Shown here piece after piece: positions 54,357 through 63,983 of a stretch of 64,000 nt of DNA; the first letter of the stretch is position 1; each line of letters opens with the position of its first letter. Both the position numbers and the translations under genes were made by a program. The notes beneath the pieces were generated by a model. That model saw only the letters and a list, made by a program, of their open reading frames with translations, was not told where the DNA came from and searched no databases. Origin of the DNA: Verrucomicrobiia bacterium (lineage in GTDB: Bacteria; Verrucomicrobiota; Verrucomicrobiia; Limisphaerales; UBA11358). Location of the stretch: positions 4,325 to 68,324 of the forward strand of contig DATCDZ010000152.1 in NCBI GenBank assembly GCA_036510395.1, given 5' to 3'.

Positions 54357-54770
54357 ATGGAAATACTAAACATATGTCCGTTTGATCCGACAATTAAAGC
54401 AAATCGTCAGGTGTTTAACTACATTAAGAACCTCCACGCTCATTCAGATTTTTCGCAAGCGTTGATTAAATCGTTAAAGCCATGCGGGGATGTCCAAATT
54501 TTCTCGCCTGACCATCGTGCTTGTCGCTACCTGACCGTTTCGACCCAAGGCATAATTTTTGGTTTAGCTCTTGGAATGGATACCATTGCTTTTAGGTTGA
54601 ACAAGCAAATGAAAGAAATAGCCCTTGAAACCGGAGCAAAGGCATTTCCGCAATGTGGGGAAGACTGGGTTAATCTGTGGCCGTCTCGATGCGATTGGCC
54701 AAAAGTTGATTACGAATTTTGGGCACTGAAAGCCTACCTCAACATTCGCGAGTCGGTGGGATTGGCCTGA
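54357..54770 (+). CDS. Hypothetical protein (AT-rich orphan directly after pyrB)
   Basis: 137-aa ORF. No family recognised. The composition differs from the flanks. Confidence 0.4.
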   Translation: MEILNICPFDPTIKANRQVFNYIKNLHAHSDFSQALIKSLKPCGDVQIFSPDHRACRYLTVSTQGIIFGLALGMDTIAFRLNKQMKEIALETGAKAFPQCGEDWVNLWPSRCDWPKVDYEFWALKAYLNIRESVGLA

Positions 54771-54838
54771 TTCAATTTTTTCTTAAATCAAATCCCAATC
54801 GGATGCCATGCGGTTTTGAATTCCACCGTGTCGAGAAT

Positions 54839-55654
54839 CTAATACGGGTCTTCCACTTTCGCAGAGAACCAATCGGCTGCGGCGTGGTTTGAATAACGCT
54901 TGAGATTTGTCGCGACGCCAGCTTGCAACTTCGCGCTGATTTCAAAATCACCCGTGCCGTCCACAATCGCGTTCACGTCCATGTGCGTGGCGATGTGCGG
55001 GACGAGTTCGGCGCGCTTGCCGATCAAAATATTTATTACGCCGCCGGGCAAATCACTCGTCGCCAGAATTTCGGCGAACGTCGCGGCGGGGAGCGGAAAT
55101 TTTTCTGACGCGACGACAATCGCCGTGTTCCCGCTCAAAACCACCGGCGCGACCAGTGAAACAAGCGCGAGCAATGATGGTTCGTCCGGCGCTAGCACCA
55201 CGACCAAGCCCGTCGCTTCCGCCGTGGTGAAATTAAAATGCGGCGACGCGACCGGATTCACGCTGCCGAACACTTGCGGGTATTTGTCTGTCCAGCCCGC
55301 GAAATAAACAAGCCGGTCAATCGTGAGCGTCACTTCGCGTTTCGCTTTCGCCGCGCTGACGCCGGTTGAACGCGCAATCTCATTGACTAATTCGTTCGCG
55401 CGGTTTTGCAGCATTTCGGCGGCGCGATATAAAATTTGTCCGCGATTGTAAGCGCTCGCTTTATTCCAGCCTTCAAATGCCGCGCGCGCGGCGACAACGG
55501 CATCGCGAAAATCTTTGCGCGAGGCGTGCGCATAATTATCAAGCTGCGCGCCCTTCGCGGATTTCGCGGGCAGGCAGCGTCCGCTCTCGCTGCGCGGAAA
55601 TTTTCCTCCGATGTAAAGCTTGTAGGTTTTTTTTACGTCGAGTCGCGCGCTCAT
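54839..55654 (-). CDS. Aldehyde-dehydrogenase-family protein, N-terminal/NAD-binding portion only (271 aa)
   Basis: KTYKLYIGGKFPRSESGR...AFEGWNK...RGQILYRAAEML. No catalytic Cys/Glu region follows, so it is possibly truncated. Confidence 0.55.
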   Translation of the reverse strand: MSARLDVKKTYKLYIGGKFPRSESGRCLPAKSAKGAQLDNYAHASRKDFRDAVVAARAAFEGWNKASAYNRGQILYRAAEMLQNRANELVNEIARSTGVSAAKAKREVTLTIDRLVYFAGWTDKYPQVFGSVNPVASPHFNFTTAEATGLVVVLAPDEPSLLALVSLVAPVVLSGNTAIVVASEKFPLPAATFAEILATSDLPGGVINILIGKRAELVPHIATHMDVNAIVDGTGDFEISAKLQAGVATNLKRYSNHAAADWFSAKVEDPY

Positions 55655-55658
55655 AAAA

Positions 55659-55865
55659 TCATTTCTTTTTCCACGGCCAGATGATCTGGACCGCGCCGTA
55701 GAGCGCGAGCGCGATGCCGCCGATGTAAAAATACATCGCCCGGTTTGTCGGCGTGCCTGTGAAAATGTTTTTGACCTGCGAGTCGAGTGATTGCGCCATG
55801 TTGTGTCCCCACACGAGAAGCATGATGCCGATGGCCAGCGCGATGATTCCGATGATTCGTTGCAT
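55659..55865 (-). CDS. DUF3185-like small membrane protein
   Basis: MQRIIGIIALAIGIMLLVWGHNMAQSL...FTGTPTNRAMYFYIGGIALALYGAVQII. Confidence 0.6.
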   Translation of the reverse strand: MQRIIGIIALAIGIMLLVWGHNMAQSLDSQVKNIFTGTPTNRAMYFYIGGIALALYGAVQIIWPWKKK

Positions 55866-55988
55866 GGTGAACCAGCCTATCCGCCGCCATGAATTTCGCA
55901 AAGGCAAAATTATTTTCCGGCCGGAACGAATTTCCTGATCCTTTTTCCCCGCGTTTTACGCACTGTTGAATGAAAGGAAAAAACATTT

Positions 55989-56768
55989 ATGAAAAACACA
56001 AAAACAATGGTGGCCGGCCTCGCAATCCTTGCAGCGGTTACGGTGGCGATAATCGTCAAACAACAATTCCCGACGGTCAAAGATTCGTATTTCAAGCCGG
56101 ACTTCGACAATTTGCGGCGCGTGCCGTCGGGAATCGTGGCCGTCCGTCCGACGCATTCCACAGAATCCATCGGCGACCCGGTCCGAAATATGTTCGAGCA
56201 AGGTTCTCTGGCGCGCACGGTGGGACGCAACGTGACGCTGCGCGACCTCATTGCCGAAGCTTACGATTGCGAACCGAGATTGGTCGTGCTGCCGCCGAAT
56301 GCCTCGAAAAGCGGCTTCGATTTTCTGGTCACGGTGCCGGCAGATGTGCAACAACATTTGCAATCGGCCATCGCGAAAAAACTTGGCTATGTGGTGCGGC
56401 AGGAATCGCGGGACATGGAAGTCCTGAAGTTGAAGATCACGGACGCGAGCCTGCCCGGCCTCACGGCCAGCCCCGAAGGCGAAAGCGAAAGCATCCAATA
56501 CAAGGACGGCAAATTATATTTCACGCACAAGACATTGAAAATGCTGGTGGACGGATTGCAGGACGGGCTTGCGCAGCCGGTGCTGGACGAGACCGGGCTC
56601 ACGGGACGCTACAATTTCTCGATGGCCTGGAGCGGAGCCGCCCAGGAAAAAATGCGTGGCGGCGGATTCGATCTGGACGGCGTGCAAAAAGTCCTCAACG
56701 GCCTGGGACTCGAATTGGAACCGGGCACAGAGCAGATGAACGTCTTCGTTGTCGGGAAAACGCGCTGA
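55989..56768 (+). CDS. TIGR03435-family (DUF3738-like) protein, N-terminally anchored
   Basis: VLDETGLTGRYNFSMAW...LGLELEP...MNVFVVGK. Confidence 0.6.
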   Translation: MKNTKTMVAGLAILAAVTVAIIVKQQFPTVKDSYFKPDFDNLRRVPSGIVAVRPTHSTESIGDPVRNMFEQGSLARTVGRNVTLRDLIAEAYDCEPRLVVLPPNASKSGFDFLVTVPADVQQHLQSAIAKKLGYVVRQESRDMEVLKLKITDASLPGLTASPEGESESIQYKDGKLYFTHKTLKMLVDGLQDGLAQPVLDETGLTGRYNFSMAWSGAAQEKMRGGGFDLDGVQKVLNGLGLELEPGTEQMNVFVVGKTR

Positions 56769-56829
56769 CCCAAATGTTGCAAAGGCCGCATGATTTCCAC
56801 ATCATCCGGCCAATCAACGAAAGGATTTT

Positions 56830-57078
56830 ATGAACGAATTCAAATTTTCCTGCCCGCAATGCCAGCAGCATTTGCAATGCGACGAGCAATTCTCCGGCCG
56901 CGAAATCCAATGCCCTGGCTGCCATCATTTGATCCGCATTCCGACGATTCCCGGCAGAACGGTGGAATACAAACCGGAATCGGGAAAAACGTGGGCGACA
57001 TTTGTGCCGCCGGGAAATGCCGCGCCGCCAAAAAACCTTTCCGTCAAAAAAGACAATCCAGAACCGCCGTCCAAATGA
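56830..57078 (+). CDS. Small zinc-ribbon protein
   Basis: FSCPQCQQHLQCDEQFSGREIQCPGCHHLIRIP. Its stop overlaps the kinase ATG (ATGA). Confidence 0.6.
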   Translation: MNEFKFSCPQCQQHLQCDEQFSGREIQCPGCHHLIRIPTIPGRTVEYKPESGKTWATFVPPGNAAPPKNLSVKKDNPEPPSK

Positions 57079-59197
57079 ACGAACCGTCCAATCGCGAGGA
57101 AGTGATTTTTGAAGCGGCGTTGAAATTGCCGGTCGAACAGCGCGCGGATTATTTGCAAAAAACGTGCGGCGACGACGCGGCGTTGCGCGTGCGAATCGAA
57201 GGATTGCTGAAAGCGTATCAGGACGCGGGCGGTTTTATGGAAGAACCGGCGGCGCGCAAAACAATTATGCTTTCGCTTTCGCCGTCACCGGACGAAAAAC
57301 CCGGCGACAGAATTGGCCGCTATAAATTGCTCCAGCAAATCGGCGAAGGCGGCTGCGGCGTGGTTTATATGCCGAGCAGGAAGAACCGGTCAGCCGTCGC
57401 GTCGCGCTCAAGGTCATCAAGCTGGGCATGGACACGAAAAGCGTCATCGCGCGATTCGAGGCGGAACGTCAGGCGCTGGCGATGATGGATCATCCGAACA
57501 TCGCAAAAGTTTTGGACGCGGGAGCGACGGAAACGGGCCGTCCGTTTTTCGTGATGGAACTGGTGCGCGGAATCAAAATCACGGATTACTGCGACCAAAA
57601 TAAATTGTCCACGCGCGAGCGGCTCGGATTGTTCATCCAGGTTTGCAACGCCATCCAGCACGCGCATCAAAAAGGAATCATTCATCGCGACATCAAGCCG
57701 TCGAACATTCTCGCGACGGCGCACGACGGTTTGCCGGTTCCGAAGGTCATTGATTTCGGGATTGCGAAGGCGACGCAAGGACGCCTGACCGACCAGACGC
57801 TGTTCACCGCGTTCGAGCAATTCATCGGCACGCCCGCTTACATGAGTCCCGAACAGGCGGAAATGAGCGGCCTCGACATTGATACGCGCAGCGACATTTA
57901 CGCGCTCGGCGTCTTGCTTTACGAATTGCTCACGGGGCGCACGCCGTTCGATGCGAAGGAACTATTGCAATCGGGAATTGACGAAATGCGCCGGACGATC
58001 CGCGAGAAAGAACCGGCGCGGCCTTCGACGCGGTTGAGCACGATGCTCGATGCCGATTTGATCGCCGTCGCGCAACGCCGCCAGTCGGAAGCGCCGAAAT
58101 TGATCCACATGATGAGCGGCGACCTGGATTGGATCGTGATGAAGGCGCTGGAAAAAGACCGCACCCGCCGTTACGAAACCGCGAACGGCCTCGCGGCGGA
58201 CGTTCAGCGTCATTTGAGCAACGAGCCGGTCATGGCGCGTCCGCCGAGCACGATTTATCGTTTTCAAAAATTGGTGCGCCGGAACAAAACAATTTTCGCC
58301 ACGGCAAGCGTGGGCGTGGCGGCGCTGGTCATCGGTTTGATTCTTTCGTTGTATTTGTTTGTGCAGGAAAAATCCGCGCTGAAACGTGTAATAGCCGCCG
58401 AGCAGGCGGAAAAGCAACTGCGCGAACAGGCGGAACAAAGCGCGGCGTGGAGCCAGGAAGTCGCCCGCGCCGGATTGCTGTTGATGAACGGACAATACGG
58501 CAAATCAGAGATGATTCTGCGCGACATCCCACCGCACGCGACGATAGTTCCGTTTTACAACGTCTTCGGCAGCATTCACGCGCGGCGCGGGGAATGGCCG
58601 CAGGCGTTGACGAACTGGAACCTCGTCGTCCGATACGCTCCTGACGATCACGTCGGCTATATGTATCTCGCGCCGCTGTTCTTGCAACTCGACGACGTGG
58701 CGGGCTACAAAAATTGCCGCGCGCAAATGCTCCAGCATTTCGGCAACACGTCCGACCCGCGCATTGCCGAACGGACGGTCAAAGCCAGTTTGATTCTTCC
58801 GGCGACACCGGATGAAATGACTGTCATTGCGAGGTTGGCCGACGTCGCCGCGAGCGTTGAAACCAACGCCGACGGATGGGACTTCAATTTGTTTGCGAAA
58901 GGTTTTGCCGAATATCGCCAGGGCAATCCTGCCAAGGCGGCGGAACTTTTGAAGCAAGTCATAACGCTCGATCCGGGGTCATCCTGTCGCGCCGAGACGT
59001 TCCTCGTTTTGGCCATGACGCAGGCCCGGCTCGGCCAGTCCGCAGACAGCCGCGAATCCATGGCCAAGGCAATGGACGTTGTTGACAATTCCTTGCGCAA
59101 AGAAGGTCACCTCGAGGACGATTGGAACGATTGGATTATCATCCACGTTTTGTTGCGCGAGGCGACGGCATTGATCCCGGACGCCGGAAAAATTTAA
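57075..59197 (+). pseudogene. Ser/Thr protein kinase (TM + C-terminal TPR-like domain) interrupted by a 1-nt frameshift between the Gly-loop and the catalytic Lys
   Basis: Frame 0 reads ...[21 protein letters not shown] (ending at 57371). Frame -1 continues [17 protein letters not shown]...[10 protein letters not shown]...DFGIAK...[17 protein letters not shown] would need to be ATGGCCGAG. Confidence 0.75.
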
Positions 59198-59215
59198 TCG
59201 CGAACAATCCGGCAA

Positions 59216-59791
59216 ATGAGCGACGTCACACGCATTCTTCAATCCATGGAAACCGGCGATGCCAAAGCCGCCGATGAATTGCTTCCGTTGGTTTATGCGG
59301 AATTGCGCAAGCTCGCCGCCGCAAAGATGGCGAACGAATCGCCGAACCAGACTTTGCAGCCGACCGCGCTGGTGCATGAGGCGTGGCTGCGCCTCACCGG
59401 AAATGAAAACGTGCAATGGAACGGGCGCGCGCATTTTTTTGGCGCGGCTGCCGAGGCGATGCGGCGAATTCTCATTGACAACGCCCGGCGCAAACGCGCA
59501 TTGCGTCACGGCGGCGGCCAGCAACGGCTCGATGTTGACGAGATTGAAATCGCTGCGCCCGAAAAGGAGGACGAACTGCTCGCCATGAACGAAGCGCTGG
59601 AAAAATTTGCGGCCGTTGACAGACAAAAAGCGGAACTGGTGAAGCTGCGTTATTTCACCGGCCTGACGATTGAAGAAGCCGCCGGAATTCTCTGCATTTC
59701 CGTCCCGACCGCCAAGCGCTGGTGGACTTTCGCGCGCGCGTGGCTTTATCAACAAATCCAAAACGGCAGTGCCGCGCATGGCCGTGATTGA
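59216..59791 (+). CDS. ECF-type RNA polymerase sigma factor (TIGR02999-like, kinase-associated group)
   Basis: LLPLVYAELRKLAAAKMANESPNQTLQPTALVHEAWLRL...LRYFTGLTIEEAAGILCISVPTAKRWW. Confidence 0.85.
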   Translation: MSDVTRILQSMETGDAKAADELLPLVYAELRKLAAAKMANESPNQTLQPTALVHEAWLRLTGNENVQWNGRAHFFGAAAEAMRRILIDNARRKRALRHGGGQQRLDVDEIEIAAPEKEDELLAMNEALEKFAAVDRQKAELVKLRYFTGLTIEEAAGILCISVPTAKRWWTFARAWLYQQIQNGSAAHGRD

Positions 59792-60105
59792 AATTCAATC
59801 CAGCCTGCAATACGCCGCCAGGCTGAATTGTTTGCGAGCTTTTTCGTGGAGAACGCTTGCGGGCACGGCTTCGAGCAGGTCAAGGTAGTCGTTTAATCTT
59901 CCATTTCCTCGCGCAGGGAACCGGTTTGTTTGAGCACGGTTTTGAGCCAGCGCGCCCGCAAGGAGAACTTGAGCATATAAATTATGGTGGAATCCACGGA
60001 ATGATCGGAGAGTGTCTTTATCGTATCTGCCAAGTGGTTTTTGTTGGGTTTTGGTGAAATGAAGTCCGGCCAAATGCGCGAACTTCACGCGCGACGCGTG
60101 AAATT

Positions 60106-61677
60106 TTAATGCCCCGCCGCCATCGGCTTTTTGGCGTATTGCACGCGTTTGAACAGGAAAATGAGGGGAATGCCGCACAGCGCGAGCAGGCCGAACAAAT
60201 AAAAATTATCCACGAACGCCCACAGGTGCGCCTGCTGGTCCAGCAGCGAATAAACGGCGTTGTAAGCCTGCCGCATCGCGGTCACGGGATCGGTCTGATG
60301 CCCAAGCACGCTTTTGGCGACGACGATCTGGCGCGCGAACACCGGGTCGGTCGCCGTCAAATGCCCGACCATCAGCGCCTGGTGTGTCTGCGCGCCGCGG
60401 GCGAGCATCGTGGTGACGAACGCGATGCCGATGCTGCCGCCGAGGTTGCGCATGAGGTTGTAAAGGCCGCTGGCATTCCCGATTTGCGCCTGTCCGAGCT
60501 GGCTCATCGTCGTCGTCGTCAGCGGCACAAAAATAAAACTGATGGCCATGCCGTTGATGACGCTCGGCCAGACGACGCTTCTCATTCCCACTTGCAGGTT
60601 GATGTCGCTCAACATGAACGACGAGAGCGCGAGCATTGAGAAGCCGAAGCAGAGCATCCAGCGCATCCGGAGTTTTCCGACCAGCCGGCCGACAATGAAG
60701 GTCGTGAAGAACGCCGCCACGCCGCGCGGCGCGAGTGCGTAACCGGCTTGCAGGGCCGGATAGCCCATCAGCGTTTGCAGGAACAGCGGCAATTGCGCGG
60801 TTGTGCCGTAAAGAATCGCGGCCAGCGACGTCATCAAAACCAGGCCGATGGTGAAATTCCGGTTCTTGAAAACGCGCAAATCCACGAGCGGATGATCGCT
60901 TTGAAATTCCCACCAGATGAAGGTGAAAAAAGCCATGACTGAAGCCACCGTGAACCAGCGCACCCATTCCGCGCCGAACCAGTCGGCTTCCTGTCCCTTG
61001 TCCAGGACGATCTGCATCGTCGCCAGCCACACGGCCAGCAGGCCAAACCCGATGTAATCAATCGTCGCTTGGACGTCGCGCTTGATGTAAGGCGGATCCT
61101 CGACGACCCACTTCGCCATCAGCACGGCAAAAATTCCCACCGGCACGTTGATGTAGAAAATCCAGCGCCACGAATAGCTGTCGGTGATCCAGCCGCCGAT
61201 CACCGGCCCCAGGACTGGCGCGACGACCACGCCCTGCGCAAACGCCGCCATCGCCACGCCGCGTTTCTGCGGCGGGAAACTTTCCAGCATGATCGCCTGC
61301 GCGATCGGCACCATCGCGCCGCCGCCGATGCCCTGAAAAATCCGCGCCAGAATCAGAGTCGGCAGGCTCCACGCCAGTCCGCACAGCACGGACGCGAACG
61401 TGAACAGCATGATGCAGGTGAGCAGGACGCGTTTGCGGCCGAAATAATTTCCCAGCCAGCCGGTCATCGGCAGCACGATGGCGTTGGCGACCAGGTAGCT
61501 TGTCAGCACCCATGTCGCCTCCTCCGGCGTCGCCGACAAACTGCCCGCGATGTGCGGCAGCGCGATGTTGGCGATGGACGTGTCCAGCACTTCCATGAAC
61601 ACCGCCATCATCACGGTGAGCGTGATGAGCCACGGATTGTGGCGCGGATGCCAGATTTGTTGCGGTGCTTCGGCCAT
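60106..61677 (-). CDS. MFS transporter, DHA2 (EmrB/QacA, 14-TMS) family
   Basis: FMEVLDTSIANIALPHIAGSL...GWLGNYFGRKRVLL...RIFQGIGGGAM. Confidence 0.88.
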   Translation of the reverse strand: MAEAPQQIWHPRHNPWLITLTVMMAVFMEVLDTSIANIALPHIAGSLSATPEEATWVLTSYLVANAIVLPMTGWLGNYFGRKRVLLTCIMLFTFASVLCGLAWSLPTLILARIFQGIGGGAMVPIAQAIMLESFPPQKRGVAMAAFAQGVVVAPVLGPVIGGWITDSYSWRWIFYINVPVGIFAVLMAKWVVEDPPYIKRDVQATIDYIGFGLLAVWLATMQIVLDKGQEADWFGAEWVRWFTVASVMAFFTFIWWEFQSDHPLVDLRVFKNRNFTIGLVLMTSLAAILYGTTAQLPLFLQTLMGYPALQAGYALAPRGVAAFFTTFIVGRLVGKLRMRWMLCFGFSMLALSSFMLSDINLQVGMRSVVWPSVINGMAISFIFVPLTTTTMSQLGQAQIGNASGLYNLMRNLGGSIGIAFVTTMLARGAQTHQALMVGHLTATDPVFARQIVVAKSVLGHQTDPVTAMRQAYNAVYSLLDQQAHLWAFVDNFYLFGLLALCGIPLIFLFKRVQYAKKPMAAGH

Positions 61678-61777
61678 AAAAACCGGCGGAACAATACTTC
61701 ATTCCGGCGCTGCTGCAAAATTTGATTTTTGGCCGCCGGCATTTGCGAAGATTCCGCCGATGGGTTACGCTCCCGCC

Positions 61778-62425
61778 ATGAGAACCAAGCTGATGTCCGT
61801 CTCATCGGGAATTATTATCCTGTCCGCCGCCGGGTTGTGGCTGCGAGCCGACGAGGTGGAAATGCAAAACGGCGACCGCTATTTCGGCAAGGTGCTGTCC
61901 GTCTCCGCCGATTCTGTGACGCTGGACAGCGAAGTGCTGGGCAAAATAAACTTGCCGCGCAAAAATGTGGCGGGCCTCGCTTTCGGCACGAACGCCTCCG
62001 CGCCGAAAGCGGCCAGTGTCGCGACTGTTTCCGCGCCGACGAATCTTCCAACCGCCGCGTCACCGTCTGCCGTGGCGGGGACCAACGCGGATTTGTCCGC
62101 CGCAATCCGCAGTCTGGTCGCGGACACGAATTTAACCGGGAACATCCGCGATCAAATGCTCGCCGGCAGTCCCGAGGCGACGGCCAAATACGGGGCGATG
62201 GTCAGCGGCCTGTTGAGCGGGAGCATGAGCATGGACGACCTGCGGCGCGAAGCGCAGTCGGACGCCGACCAGTTGCGGGCGCTCAAGCGCGACCTCGGCC
62301 CCGATGCCGGCGATTCGCTGGACGGTTATCTGGACGTGCTGGACGATTTTCTCCAGGAATCAGACCCCGCTGTCGATCCGACGAACTCCAACGCCGCGAC
62401 TAAAATTAAAGTTCAAAACCATTGA
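61778..62425 (+). CDS. Secreted hypothetical protein
   Basis: Start chosen at MRTKLMSVSSGIIILSAAGLWLRA (signal peptide). Ala/Ser-rich middle region. Confidence 0.5.
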   Translation: MRTKLMSVSSGIIILSAAGLWLRADEVEMQNGDRYFGKVLSVSADSVTLDSEVLGKINLPRKNVAGLAFGTNASAPKAASVATVSAPTNLPTAASPSAVAGTNADLSAAIRSLVADTNLTGNIRDQMLAGSPEATAKYGAMVSGLLSGSMSMDDLRREAQSDADQLRALKRDLGPDAGDSLDGYLDVLDDFLQESDPAVDPTNSNAATKIKVQNH

Positions 62426-62508
62426 TCCGCGCCCGGCTGCAAGATTCCGGCTTTTCCGGCGCTGCATTCTTCGGGAAAACCTTGACGCGCGCCCGTCGTC
62501 GCGTTGAA

Positions 62509-63240
62509 ATGCAGCCGAACTCCAACCCTCAACCAAATAAAATTATGGCCGTCCCCACCCAACTGACCACCAGCGTGCAAAATGAAACCTTCGGCGGCGT
62601 CACCTATCACATCGAAGGTGAACTGGTGCCGGCGTTGCACCTGGAATTAAGCAACACCGGCGTTTATTTCGAGCATCACATTTTGCTCTGGAAAGACCCG
62701 GCGGTGCAGGTCGCGCTGCACCCGATGAAGGGCGCGTTCAAGCGGATGCTCGCCGGAATGCCGTTCCTGCTGACCGGCGCGAACGGTCCGGGGCGCATCG
62801 CGTTCAGCCGCGACGGCGCGGGCCACGTTTTCGGGCTGCATTTGAAGCCCGGCGACAGCGTGGACGTGCGCGAACATCAATGGCTCGCGGCGACCAACAA
62901 CGTGGAATACAACTTCACGCGCGTGCGCGGCGCGGCGAACATGCTGCTCGGCGGCACGGGATTTTTCATTGACACATTTTCGTGCCCGGCGCGCGAAGGC
63001 ATTTTGTGGCTGCACGGCTTTGGAAATGTTTTTGAAGTGACGCTCGCGCCGGGCGAGGCGATTGACGTCGAGCCGGGCGGCTGGATTTACAAGGAGCGCA
63101 CCGTGCAGATGCAGACGATGTTCCAGAAACTTTCGACCGGCCTGTTCGCCAGCGGGGGACAAATCGTCTGGAACCGGTTCACCGGGCCGGGAAAGATCGC
63201 GCTGCAAACGATGTATTGCCACATGGAAGGCGGCGAGTAG
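62509..63240 (+). CDS. AIM24/TIGR00266-family protein
   Basis: YHIEGELVPALHLEL...GEAIDVEPGGWIYKERTVQMQT... has the typical length and beta-rich pattern. Confidence 0.6.
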   Translation: MQPNSNPQPNKIMAVPTQLTTSVQNETFGGVTYHIEGELVPALHLELSNTGVYFEHHILLWKDPAVQVALHPMKGAFKRMLAGMPFLLTGANGPGRIAFSRDGAGHVFGLHLKPGDSVDVREHQWLAATNNVEYNFTRVRGAANMLLGGTGFFIDTFSCPAREGILWLHGFGNVFEVTLAPGEAIDVEPGGWIYKERTVQMQTMFQKLSTGLFASGGQIVWNRFTGPGKIALQTMYCHMEGGE

Positions 63241-63287
63241 ATCCGTGGCCAGCGGTTCAAAACCGGGTTAGCTGGTCTTAAATCTCC

Positions 63288-63349
63288 GTAAGAGACGGCG
63301 TAAGTAGTCTCATTCTAAAATTTGTGAGCCTCGTCACCTCGACTCCTGC
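63288..63349. repeat. Decayed intergenic copy of the GTAGGA...TCCTAC element family
   Basis: The left arm GTAAGAGACGGCGTAAGTAGTCTC matches the ogt left arm at 19/24. The right arm GAGCCTCGTCACCTCGACTCCTGC matches the ogt right arm at 19/24. The two arms are only ~14/24 complementary to each other. Confidence 0.6.
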
Positions 63350-63361
63350 GACTCGGACAAT

Positions 63362-63430
63362 TTATTTTGGTTTCAATTGCGGGAACAAAATCACATTGCG
63401 GATGCTTTCCTGGCCGAGGAGCATCATGCA
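63362..63430 (-). pseudogene. Isolated 3'-terminal remnant of a class-IIb aminoacyl-tRNA synthetase gene (LysRS-like)
   Basis: CMMLLGQESIRNVILFPQLKPK* resembles LysRS C-termini (...DRL.MLLT...IRDVILFP..R). The upstream sequence in that frame is not synthetase-like. Confidence 0.5.
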
Positions 63431-63533
63431 TACCTTCGGCGTGCGTCGGTGAAATGACCAGCGCGGACTTGCCAGCCTTTGGCTTTTCCAAGTCGGCAAG
63501 GGAATCAACACGATGATAAACACAATGTGTTCA

Positions 63534-63983
63534 TCATTTCCGGCGCAAGGCTTCGTCCAATTTATCCACGATGGATTTCAGCAGCGCCAGGATGACGGGC
63601 TGGGCGTCCATAGTGGGGCGAATTTTTTTTGGCGCGGTGTTGGCGGCTTTCAGAAACCCTCCCAGCAGCGCCAGCATCATGCCGGGCTGCGGGCTGCCCT
63701 GCAAAAATGACTGCAGCTTTTCCTGAGTTCCAACCATGACGCAGGACTCGATCTGGCGCAGGTTGGCCACGAAGGTTTGATCGAGTTCGGAAAAGTTGAT
63801 CTCCGGCGCGCGGCAACCGCAGGGCACCAGCGCAAACCAGGTTTGCAGCAGAAACGGAATGGCAAAGCAAAAATCACTTTCCGTCAGGCCGTCCAGCGTC
63901 AGTTTCCCGGCATCCTGCAAAAGCGTGGCGCCGCTGGCGACAAGTTCATTTTCCGCCGCCGCCGCCGTATCAAACAAATCCAT
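63534..63983 (-). CDS. Hypothetical protein
   Basis: 149-aa ORF. No family recognised. Confidence 0.4.
   Translation of the reverse strand: MDLFDTAAAAENELVASGATLLQDAGKLTLDGLTESDFCFAIPFLLQTWFALVPCGCRAPEINFSELDQTFVANLRQIESCVMVGTQEKLQSFLQGSPQPGMMLALLGGFLKAANTAPKKIRPTMDAQPVILALLKSIVDKLDEALRRK

Noticed and set aside
59795-60178. 127-aa minus-strand ORF, or a frameshifted small antitoxin-like gene (MLKFSLRARWLKTVLKQTGSLREEMED* followed in another frame by LNDYLDLLEAVPASVLHEKARKQFSLAAYCRLD*)
   Set aside because: The EDLxDYLDLLEA-like stretch is suggestive of antitoxin C-termini. However, the evidence is one short motif, a frame break is required, and the long ORF overlaps the MFS stop. This is not enough to call a feature.
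63250-63275. tRNA-like T-arm (GGTTCAAAACC)
   Set aside because: The flanking bases do not form a T-stem, acceptor stem or anticodon arm, so no cloverleaf can be drawn.
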